A stretch of 63,961 bases of DNA, counting the filler. It is 3 parts of 3 records of this genome, joined end to end, with 100 filler letters (N's around TTAATTAATTAA, not from the genome) between each part and the next. Parts side by side here need not be neighbours in the genome. Positions count along the whole stretch, not along the records: positions 1 to 16,189 come from SRR20825019_1802; 2 more parts are not named here. One strand, 5' to 3'. Numbering within the stretch: position 1 is the first letter of the stretch; each line of letters starts with the position of its first letter. The notes under the pieces are model-generated. The model made no database searches, was not told the origin of the DNA, and worked only from the letters and a program-made list of their open reading frames with translations. The position numbers were made by a program, and so were the translations under genes. Below, in pieces: positions 1-11,813 of this stretch.

Positions 1-1330
1 GTGCGCGCAGAGACAGGGGCTGTCACCAATGTCCCCCAGTTATATGGTCAGCGCAGGCGATGGGTGTCGTCAACATTGGCCAACCAAGTGGTTATTTTCA
101 AGGAGTTGTGTAAGTGCTCTACAATCACTCCTGAGCAAAAACTTGAATTGCAATATGCACATGTGGACCCCCGCCGCTTTCTTAGTGTCGTACAACTACC
201 CTCGTCCACGGGAAGGAAGAGGCTTCTCATTGAAATTGATGCCCAAACCACCCCTTACAAAGAGACAGTGCAGTATACGTTGAGTAGGACTGACATGGAG
301 CCACTAATAGAGAGAAATTTCGACCTGACAGAGTTTGGTAAGCAGGTGAACGAAACGGAGGCACTAGAGGTCATCAAAAAGCAAGTTAAGTCTGGGGACA
401 ACTTATTTAGTATTATTCTACTCTTGGCTGAGGATATTTACGTCGATGAAAAGGACCATATGTATCCTCCTGGATTTTTGCAAACTTGGCATCGCAAGTC
501 GAGTAAGTACTTGATTGTAAATCCTATCAGTTTTGCTGACCTTTGTACAGTTTCGGTGGGCACTGGGGCTGCCTCCAATACAGATGACCCTGATGACAAA
601 TTAGCCTTGAGTTTATCAACCCCGAAAAAGAAGCGCAGTCCATCGAGCTTCACGAATGCTTTGAGGAGATATTCAATGCCCTTTTTACTGAACAAGCGCC
701 AGAATACAAGTGATTCGATGCTCAGCGAGGAGACTGTGTCAGATGTCACCGTCCACAGCCGCAAGGTTTATGAAGTTCCCCCTTCAGTTAATGTTGAGTT
801 TTTGGAGCATAGCTCGAAACCCCAGCATATTTTCATCGAAGAGGAAACGGAGACTAATGAAGCTAGGAGAAAGCTTTGGGAGAAGACACATTGCCCCAAA
901 ACTGTCCAATGCCCTGGGTGCGAAAAGGTGTTTACAAGAGGCACGAAGTATTTGGCCATTCTGAGACACTGTCGGGCATGCGCATTGTACATTGCATATA
1001 GTGAGTAATTGGTGAATGGCTTCCCATTTGAATCTTACAAATCGCTTCGCAGCCAAGCATTACAAGCAGCAAAAGGCGAAGCTTCTGATGAGCAGACTGA
1101 GGGATGAACGACTTTCGAGAACTGGAGGATTCGGTGCTTTCAGGAGACGATCCTCCATAGCCAAGTTGAAGGACGTGGACCCTGTTGGCATGGAGCTAAG
1201 GAATCAGCTTGTGCTATGTGGGCTAGGAATATCATGCGGATCTGGCTGCCTCCCTGATATTGAGATAGTAAGGGAAGATGATGGTCCTCCAACTGATTGG
1301 TTAGAAGAATCTTTTGACTCGACTGTTTAG
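1..1330 (+). CDS. 5'-truncated GT2/chitin-synthase-like protein, C-terminal part; exons <1-1000 and 1053-1330
   Basis: AETGAVTNVPQLYGQRRRW resembles the chitin synthase AETD(V)P...QRRRW motif. A 52-nt GTGAGT...CGCAG intron (1001-1052) joins ORF 1..1008 in frame to ORF 1016..1330. A CPGC...H-x3-C motif lies near the end of exon 1. Confidence 0.65.
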
Positions 1331-1727
1331 TTATTCGATATATGGTGTGACATCGAATGCTGCTAAATTTAGAGTAAAGGATCCCTCAAAAATTGAAATT
1401 CTTGCTGTAGTCCTGTGCTGACCGGTCTGGGTAAATGCCCTTTCCGCCAAAACTAATGACCCAAACGGCGACTGATGACTCTCCTCCTGCAGACACCCGC
1501 GGCGCTCCCCGGGCCCTGGACAACGACCACCGCGGCACGGTCATCAGTCCACCTGTGGCGATGGACCAACCGATGCCCACAGCAGCCGCGACCTTTGGGT
1601 TCGACCCGCCCCGGCCCTTTCGGGCCCGGCGACTTGTGACTCGCCACCTTTTTGGTGTTCTTCTCACTCAACCTCGCGACATCACTTTCATTTACACCCT
1701 GACCACCTCCAATAAGAAGGAGGTAAC

Positions 1728-4381
1728 ATGGCACACCGCATTCTACTACCTGTGGTGTTATTCCTTTGCTTGGCACTCACCTCCGATGCAGGGTACAGTG
1801 CTGTTGGAGACAGTAGCGTGGTTGCTCACAATGCACGAGTATCGATCACGCTTGACGCTGATGTCTCATCTTCTCTCTTCGGTCGCATTACTTCGTTGAA
1901 GGCTGGTAGCCAAGAAGTGATGGTGGTTGATAGTACTGGCTCGGCTGTGTGGTCAGTTGTAGCCGCTGTGTCAGGTGGGCAGGTCATTTTGTCGCCCGAA
2001 ACCCCTTGCAAACAGCGAGCGCTATCTAAGGGCAACAACAAGCTGACGTTTACATGGATTGGTGTATCTGTGAGCAAAACTTCTTCCCTAAATGTGGACA
2101 TGATCGTAGACTTTTCTGATCCATCGACGCCTATTGGTTTTACTCTTGCTTTCTATCCTCATTCTAATGAGGATGCGAACGACTTCGGAGTATGGAGCTG
2201 GACGATCAACTTTGGATCTCTCCTCCTCACTGAGTCGCACACGATCTTTGAGAACTCTGGATTTGGTGCTGTGCACGAGTGCGGACAGTCGTGCGCAAGT
2301 GGAAGCACGTATGGAGGAGAATATCCTCAAGCTACCATGCAGTTCCAGGCAGTGTACGCTTCTGAGACAAGTGGAGGCGTGCTGAATGGACTGTACACCG
2401 GAGCACACGACTCTCGTGGAGAGGCGAAAAATTTTGCTGCTACCGTGAATGAGGCCAAGAACTCCCGCACACTCCAGTTCAAAGTCACTTCTGAGGTTGA
2501 GAATGCCGGAAGTAGTCTAGGAGCGCGAGTTGAAATGAAGTACCCTGTGGTGATTGATGCTTTTTCGGGAGACTGGTGGGATGCAGCCCAGGTATATCGC
2601 GCCTGGGCGCTGAAGTCGGCGCAGTGGGTTTCTGCAGGGCCGCTGGTAAAGCGACCCGATGTTCCTGAGTGGCTCCTTGATGTCAATGTTTGGGTGAATT
2701 CTCACTGGCAAGGAAATGATATCTTCAATATCACCGGAGGGGACCCCGCTATTGTGATGGACCGGGTGTCTAACATCAACAAGCGATTTGGCCTTGGCAA
2801 GAGCCCCCTTGCCCTGTGTGTATATTGGTGTAACTTCAATGGAAGTTGGAATTGCTGACCTCAACTTTTTAGCCACTGGTACGAATGGGACGATCTTGGA
2901 TACATCCATGATTCCAACTACACCAAATGCTCTCGTGACCCTCCCGTTTGCGGTACGAACCCCCATCACCTTCTATCGCCGCATGGCTCTAAAAGTATGT
3001 ATTTTTTTCAGGATTCGACACGAATTATCCCAACTACTTTCCTTCGCGCATCGGATTCACCGACGTTGTCAAGAACCTTCAAGAAAGAGAGGGTGTTCGC
3101 ATTGCACCATACATTAATGGAAGGATATATGACCAAGGCATTGATAGGTGGCAGCAAGACAGAGCATCTCTTTATGCATCAAAGGCTCCACAGGGTCCCA
3201 TGCTCAACCCGGCGGACAGTGACCTCCAGTTGTACGATGAGGAATATGGAAGCCATGCCAAGTTTGCCGTCATGTGCCCCGCAACCTCGTATTGGCAGGA
3301 CATTATATCTTCCACTGTGTCTTCATTAGTGAATGATTATGGAGTTGATGGTGTGTACATCGATCAGATTGCAGGTGAGTGACATAAGAATCTTGTGAAT
3401 GATGTGCCTGACAGCCCCCGTGCAGCCGCTGGGCCACGTGCGTGTTTTGACAAGGAACATGGGCACTCGCACGGTGGCGGAAGCTACTGGGTGGATGGAT
3501 ATCGCGAGATGATCTTGAAGGCGCGCCAAGGTGCTGGTAACGACGCGATGATCCTGACTGAATCCAATGCCGAACCATTCATGGACGGTATTTATATGTT
3601 CCTGACGCTTGTGGCATTCGGGAAAAGCTTTTCCGGCCCAGACCGCTTGGTTCCGGCTTTTCCGTCTATATACGGCGGTTACTATATATCTGCTGGTGCT
3701 GAGTTTTTCGAGCAAGACTTCACCGACCCCGATGTCTTTGCTGCGAAGATCGCGAAGCAGTATGTTTTCGGCACACAGATGGGCTGGTTTTCGCTCGGTG
3801 GACGTGATAACCAAAATCCCTTCATGGGTATCTATGATAAGCTCATGGATTCGGAGTATGATTCAGAGATCACTTATCTGAGAACTCTTTCCAATTATCG
3901 TTCGGTGGCATCTGCGTGGTTCTCGAATGGTCGCCACATGAGAGAAATCACCATGAAGTCAGACGGCGGCGGACATGCAGCCGGTGGAGTCATGTTGGAA
4001 AGTGGGAAACATTCTTTGTCAACACGGGAAAGAAAGGATGCCAAGTTCATGTCGGTGCAGTTCCCTTCCCTGAATACTGGCGCATGGCTTGCACTGGATG
4101 AATCTTCACTTCTGGTGACCGTGACATGGTCATCGAGGACTCCGCCTCAGAGCAAAATCGAGTTTACTCTTGACATGACACAGTACGGATTCCCGCAGTC
4201 ATCGCCCAAGGACGAGTTTGATATTTTCAGTATGGAGCCCGGGAAGCCGGATAATTTCGTGGGCACCAAGCTGTCCAACAGCCTGGATATTTCACTCTCG
4301 CTGACGTCGCGGGAGGTGGTATTGCTCCGGATTCAGCCACACAGTGGCCGGAAGTCGCTCCGCGCGCTCAATTTTGTGTAA
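1728..4381 (+). CDS. Secreted putative glycoside hydrolase, DUF6259-like; introns 2816-2872, 2953-3011, 3375-3425
   Basis: N-terminal signal peptide (MAHRILLPVVLFLCLALTSDA). Motifs GDWWDAAQVYRAW, HWYEW, FDTNYPNYFP, PYINGRIYD, DGVYIDQIAA, HGHSHGGGSYW and TESNAEPF. Three GT-AG introns restore one frame. Family assignment is from recalled motifs. Confidence 0.75.
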
Positions 4382-4399
4382 ACCATTGGTCTGCCCTAC

Positions 4400-6506
4400 T
4401 TAGGCCGCTGCATTTGCGTAGTCCTCGCTGTGGGAAGGGGGCTCGGGTGAAATATGGTTGCTTGTCACGGTCCGATTTGCTGGCGAATTATTCACGAGAG
4501 TAATCACTGAGAGCACAATAAGCGCGGGCACATGTGAGCAACAGAAAACGAACCTGTGTCTCGGAGGGCGGACAAGGCCACATGAGCTCTCCTCAGCTTA
4601 GCCCGTTCAGAGAGACAACTGCCGTCGCACTCAGGCGAGGAGGTAGAAGTCTGAAGCCAAGGTTGGACTCAACCTCTCAGAACTTACGCAAACTTACCGC
4701 AACATGACCAGATGCGCCTGGGCTGCCGTCCAAAGGCATAAGGCGCGGCGTTGTCGATTCCGAGTTACTAGGACCAGCCTGCGCCACCCACGATGACTCC
4801 AACATATGGTCCTCTTCCGCTGTGGCATATGCAACCGCAGCCCCGCCTAGCATCTGACGAAGGTTCTCGACAGCGCGCTCGAGTTGGAGGCGGTCTTCTT
4901 GATCTTGTTCAAGCAAGCCCCGCATTTCGTTCCTCTAAGAAAGAGAATTAGGGAATGGCGCACCACACATGATGTGGTCAACAAACCTCTTGCTCCAATT
5001 GGGACCTCGCCCTTTCAGTGACCATGATCTCATCTTGCGCTTGCTGCCTTATACTGACTATGTGGGACTGAAGTTCGGTGTTGCTAGTCTCTAATTGAGC
5101 AACTCGATTGGCTAATATCGCAATCTGCCCGTCCTTGCTCGCACATCCATCGCAACTCCTTTGCTCAGGGACAACATTCCGATGTTCCTCAGTAGGTGTT
5201 TTGGGCCCACCCTTCCACTTCACGAGGTAGTCCAGAACACTATTCTTCCTCCTCAAACTGGCATTTTCTTCTTCCAGTTGCATTACACGCTGCAATAGCG
5301 AGGCTGTTCTTCTCTTGCGAGCCGCCGAAGCAGCCATTCGGTGCCGTCGAGCAGCTGGCTTTTCAGAATCTCCGACCTCCTCATCATTGGCATGATGCTC
5401 TGCCTGTGGGAGAGGCGTCTGGCGACTAGCAAGACCTTGCCTCCTCGAAGACACATTGCCGGGCAAGATTGGCGTGGTCTCCGTATCAAATCGAATTTTC
5501 CGCTTTTGAATAGGGCTTTCTGGCTCCTCATCTGAGCAGTGACCTTCATCAAGCTGGTCGCTGATGGAGCTGGAGCTCGTAGAAGATACAATCAAACTGC
5601 TATTTCCCGGGGTGGGCCGACTGCCTCTCGTGCTGCTCCCACTATGGCAACTACTTGCATTCAGTAAGGGTAAGACATGTACCAGTGAACGCCTGCGTCA
5701 ATAAACACACCTTGTTGAAGAATGACCAGCAGCCTCGCTCATGCCCGGTTTGTCAGGAAGTCTGGAGCGCGCCTTGCGGCAAGGATGCCTAAGGGTGCCT
5801 GTTAATAAAAGGGCCAATAATACGCTCTGATTATCAGACCTTTGATGAGAATTTGGTGTTTCCATGGAAACATAAGTCGGTGTGTTGGTGTGTCGTGGAA
5901 TGTCGGGGCGAGATAGCTCCCTAGGCATCGCAGGCAGTGCCCCGCTATCTTGTGTAGACACTGGCCGATTTGGAGTGAACACCTTCCTCAACCGTTAATA
6001 ACAGTTGCAGTACACTTTCACAAACGAATACCTGCAGGCTGCCGACAGACTCCAGGGCAATTGATACGTCTCCCAAAAACCGTGCGATCGCATCTGAATC
6101 ATGGAGTCAAAAGCAAGCGGATGGGAAGAACGCAAACTGGCTCACCGGACTCAGCAGTTACTTCGCCTGCGTCGTCAACCACTGGGGACAACAACCATGC
6201 ACTGCCATTAATACGAGAAGGGGTTGGGTTCGCCGGTGCTCCTGGGGTTGACAATGAAGGCGTCAAGGGCCCGGTACTGGGCAGCCGTGACGCTCCGCCC
6301 CGCTCAGGGGTAATGGAAGAAAGTCGGCCTTTGCATTTCGGGGTCTTGTACCCTGGAGTATGCGGTGGCAGGGTATTCGCTGACCTTGGAGTCAAGGGGA
6401 CTGGCGTGGGGAACTGACGTCTTTCTTCATGCACGGGAATCACACCTGCGCCGCTTGGTTGTTGAGGAACTTCATTCTCTTTCTGGCGAAGGCTTCCCTC
6501 GTCCAT
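4400..6506 (-). CDS. Multi-exon uncharacterised protein with a Ser/Thr-Pro-rich N-terminus and coiled coils; includes a bZIP-like segment
   Basis: Minus-strand ORFs 6099..6527, 4978..5595 and 4677..4925 are separated by short GT-AG intron-like gaps. The spliced end reaches TAA at 4400-4402. Heptad-rich segments are present. Internal exon boundaries are approximate. Confidence 0.6.
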
Positions 6507-7456
6507 TGTGAGTTTACAGTCAACCAAAACAAGTTCCCAGTGCTATGCAATGACAAAACTGAAATATATATGCAGTGAGTCGCCGGTCTATGTGAGTCGC
6601 TCAAGGCCATTGTCAAACACTTGAGCTCATGAACGGCCACTTGTTTCCCATTCTCCTATTCACTCTCCTCGACTTTGCCTAAGACACCAGTCAGCACGGG
6701 AGCTGATAAGCGCACTATTTGGGTAGAATGGACAGGCAAAAGCCAGGTCTTGAGAACCCGGCCATCTATGCACTATGCACTGCAGGTCTCTCGGCAGCGA
6801 CCTGCACATGCCCTCGCCGCCGGTGCCGGCCGGGCGCCCCCGGACCGGCGCGGGCGGCCCGGCGCCACGCGGCCTCGTCAGCAGGCCCCGCGGCGAGCGG
6901 CCGACACGCGGACCCGCCAGTCACCCACGGTTTCGAGGAGGAAATTTGAAGTCATTAGCATATCCTCAAATCTATTTATAACGATTAACTCGTTATAATG
7001 AATGGATCGTCAGGATAGGTCTTGTTGTTGGCGGTAGCCGTCTGTCCGAGTCGAAGAAAGCCAGCGTCCAACGGGGCTGTGATCGACCGAGATCCTAATC
7101 GCTAATTCCCATCGGTTTGAGAGGCTGCATCCGCCTTCACTCCTCCCTCCAAACGGTTGAGGCGCAGTCACCCCCGGACGCGCCTCAGAGTTGTTCGCCA
7201 GTGCCGGGCGCGCGCGCCATCGAGCTGATCTTGGGCTCTTCCAATGAATGGCACCCTCAACAAATGAAGTGCCATAAACGGATGCTGGTCAATGTGATGG
7301 CGACGCGCAACAACTGACAGACGCCTAGAACCTGAATTGGAGTCTCTCCGCAGGCTGGAACCTCGCTTGACGAGTCCCACGCGGCGGTGCCACAGCCTAG
7401 CGCATATACATACGAGTGCCCCACTGAGTGGCCGACAACCCACTCGAGTAGAAAGC

Positions 7457-8620
<1,164 letters not shown>

Positions 8621-8644
8621 GGAGTAAATTAGAGTGTTTCGTGT

Positions 8645-9980
8645 TTACTGAGATTGCTTGGCCTTCTGTGCCTGTTTGCTGAGCTTCTTCAGCTGTTTCA
8701 CACGGTTGTTGTAGCATCCCAAGTAGGACTGGCATGCAGTTTGCCGACTCTGCTTGATTGGTCCGTTATTCCATATCAAGTCAAACCCACCGACCTGCTC
8801 CTCATTGCCCTGTAGCTTGTGTTCCAAGTCTACGATTGTCAATACATCATCCAACATTCCAATCTTGAGGTGGTAGTCCTCTTCTGTATCTGAAGATAAA
8901 GAAGGAGAAGCATTCACTTCAAGGAGCCAGGGTTTCAGGTCATCGTCCAAAAGAATGTCATATCCATACAACTCAAACGAGTGCTTATCATTGATAATGA
9001 CTTTCTGTACGGCTTGAAGTGACCTTACTATAAGCATCTGTATTTCATAGAAAAGCTCATTCACGGGCTCCATACCGTGCCTAGACATCATGAATAGCTT
9101 CAAGTTCCTGATAGACCACTTGCATCCCTGCCCAGGGTCATAGTCAGGGGCGGTTTTCTGGACCGCGACGTTTGTCAAATGAATATATGAGTTGCTGATA
9201 TCATGTTTGCTCATGTTGAATCGCGCATTAGAAAACCGCCCAAACCCGCTCCGATACAAGTAAACCGTCAGTGGTTGATATGAAGTTACCAGGACGTAGA
9301 TTCGCATATCAAACTTTTTTCCCCCTACTAAGTATGGGTTCTCTACATACTTCTGTACAATATAAGTTTCTGCTTGCGGATTATCCGCCTTCCATCTATG
9401 GTCTTTCTTCCAGTCACTAATATGATTCAGCTTGTTGAAAAGGAAAATTCCCTTGCCCTGAGCTTTTCCAATGGGCTTCATAATCCACGTTGCGCCCGAG
9501 TGTTTTTTGAACTCTTCAACGAACAATCCATATTCCGCAGGGAGAACATATGTTGGCGGGAAGAAGTCATACTTTGATGCCTCAACATATTTCTCCTCCC
9601 TCTCAAGCTGTTTCTTTGCCCTTTTAAGATTTTTGATCAACAAGTCTTTCCTAGTCAACTTGAAAGGTCTCAGCACTTCTAGCGCGATATCAAAGCCACA
9701 CCCATACCTCGTAGTGATTTCTGAAGTGGTTTACGCGTTGGTGTTCCTCCAAGTGAATGTGATCGAAAAACTCACGAATCCACCCAACGTCCGCCCAGTT
9801 GAAGTCCCACTCGGTGTCACTAAGAGTACTGTCAACAATAAGACGGTACAAGAAACTTATACAAACAAACCTGTCAGTCTCTCGCCACCCTCTTGCTTTC
9901 AAAACATCATAAATTGTATTGTGTAAGGAGGTGCGAAACCTCATGGTCATACCAGACCGTGTTGATGGCCTGTTAGACAT
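8645..9980 (-). CDS. TTLL9: Tubulin polyglutamylase, TTLL9-like; introns 9820-9870 and 9659-9707
   Basis: HQRVNHFRNHYELTRKDLLIKNLKR, WIMKP, KFDMRIY, HLTNVAVQK, FELYGYDILLD and LLEVNASPS are TTL-family motifs, closest by recall to TTLL9/TTLL1. Confidence 0.88.
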
Positions 9981-10631
9981 ATTCTGTTTACTTTTGGTAG
10001 GACTTGCTAACATTGAGGACACGGTATGAAGAAACAAATATATAGAGAAGGGTTTGCTCGTGATGGGCAACCACAGTTAGTGCAGTGAACTCGGCCGGAC
10101 CAGTCCGACGGAAGCCTGACCGTCGGACTCGGGCGCCCGGCCGTCAAGCCCGGCGCCCGGCTGCAGTGCGGCCGGAGCGGCTCACTCCGGTGGGGCGCGG
10201 GCGGCGTCCTCGCGTCATACTCCACGTCAGGCCCAGTGGTCACTCGGTCACCCGGTCACGAGCGATCAGACACGGCCCAGTGAGCGCACCATAGCGCTGC
10301 GGCTGATTTGAAATTCAACTTCAGCTCACCGTCCCCCACTGTATGCACAATGTCATGCAACAAGCGAAAAGCCAACGTTTCTAATCGTAGACCACCCTCA
10401 ATTTCAGCGACCCCAATGTTTTAATTATAGAACACAGTTCGCTCCGGGCGACGCTGCCGCCCCAGCGGGCTGGCCACGCACTGACAGAGCCTTTCGACAA
10501 CAATGAATATAATCATCGCCCACCAGACACTACCCTTTGCATTTCTACCAATTTTCTGGAGAGCTTTGCTATGACTCTGATGTGGGGAGTTAAGATCTAT
10601 AAATCAAAACGCCTGATATATAACAAAGGAC

Positions 10632-11351
10632 TCACTCATCACTTTGCTTGTTCTTAACAGCACTTTCCAACTCTTTGTAAACTTGAGCCGAAAGGTAGTC
10701 TAAGCAAGCCTGGCGAAGGACAGGATGATAAGACTCGTCATCAGCAACTTCAGTGGCGTGTATTAGCTTTGCATCTGAGTACTCTGCAGGGTCCATTCGT
10801 GACTTCACGTCAACGAGAATGGATTCATCAACCAACACAGAAAAAACGACTGTAACGTCGCAGGTACCATTCTAAGTTCGTCACATGTTAGGGAATACGC
10901 GCTGCATTCCCACCATCAACTTTCAATACCTCCTTTGGTGGCTGTTCCCTCATTGCCCATATCATACCGTATGTGCCAACGTGGTGAAATGAGTCGTCCG
11001 ACAAGTTCTGACAAATTATAAAAACAACCACTGGTTCATAACAATACTTCCGAGATCCTATTATCCCTCTCTTACCTCAAGCTTTGCCTCCCTTCTCAGA
11101 ATACGCTTACAAGACTCTATGGGCGTTTCCCCTGGGCCCATTCTGCCTCCAGTGAACCACCAGTCAGGTTGGGGTTCGACACAACGTTTTCCCAACAAAA
11201 CTTTCCCATCCGTCGTCGTGAGAAGCATGTCGGATGTTGCCTTCACAAGACAGTCCAAAGCTAACCCATATTCTTTATCAGGTAGCCGTCTATTAACTCC
11301 GCTTCGTGGGAACTCCCCGGTTTCAAACGTAGGGATATTGTACAAAGGCAT
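10632..11351 (-). CDS. Nudix hydrolase, GDP-mannose mannosyl hydrolase-like; about 2 introns
   Basis: LLGKRCVEPQPDWWFTGGRMGPGETPIESCKRILRREAKL is a modified Nudix box. The exons correspond to ORFs 11061..11351 and 10632..10838. Confidence 0.75.
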
Positions 11352-11813
11352 CGTTGGTCAAAAAACGAAGTGAGACTAAATTTTCAACGCGGGTACATAA
11401 ACTTTGGTAGTCCACGTATCGTGTCCGCGCCGTGGCCCATGGTTTGGGCAAAAGCCGGCCACTTGGGCACGACTGTGACAAGATAGGATGAACCCCGACT
11501 GAGTCCTCCCGGCGGGCCGGTCAGCCAGCCGCGGGCCCGGGCCGGCGGCCGCGCGGCACCGACGCGCGGGGCGCGCGGGCTAGTTCCTTCTAAACTTCTA
11601 AATTTAGAAACTCAATTTGTTCAGTGGGACCCACCAAGCGAAACACGCGCACAATCAAAAAAACAGCCGACAGCGTGTGATTATCTCCGGATCTCGAAAT
11701 GGATATCGATGGATCCGGAAGACCTCAGAACTAGGCGACTGACAGAAAGTTGAATACTGGTTTAAAGATTGGTTATTCTAAGCTTAGCTAACCATCGGCT
11801 GCTCCTGGCCAGA

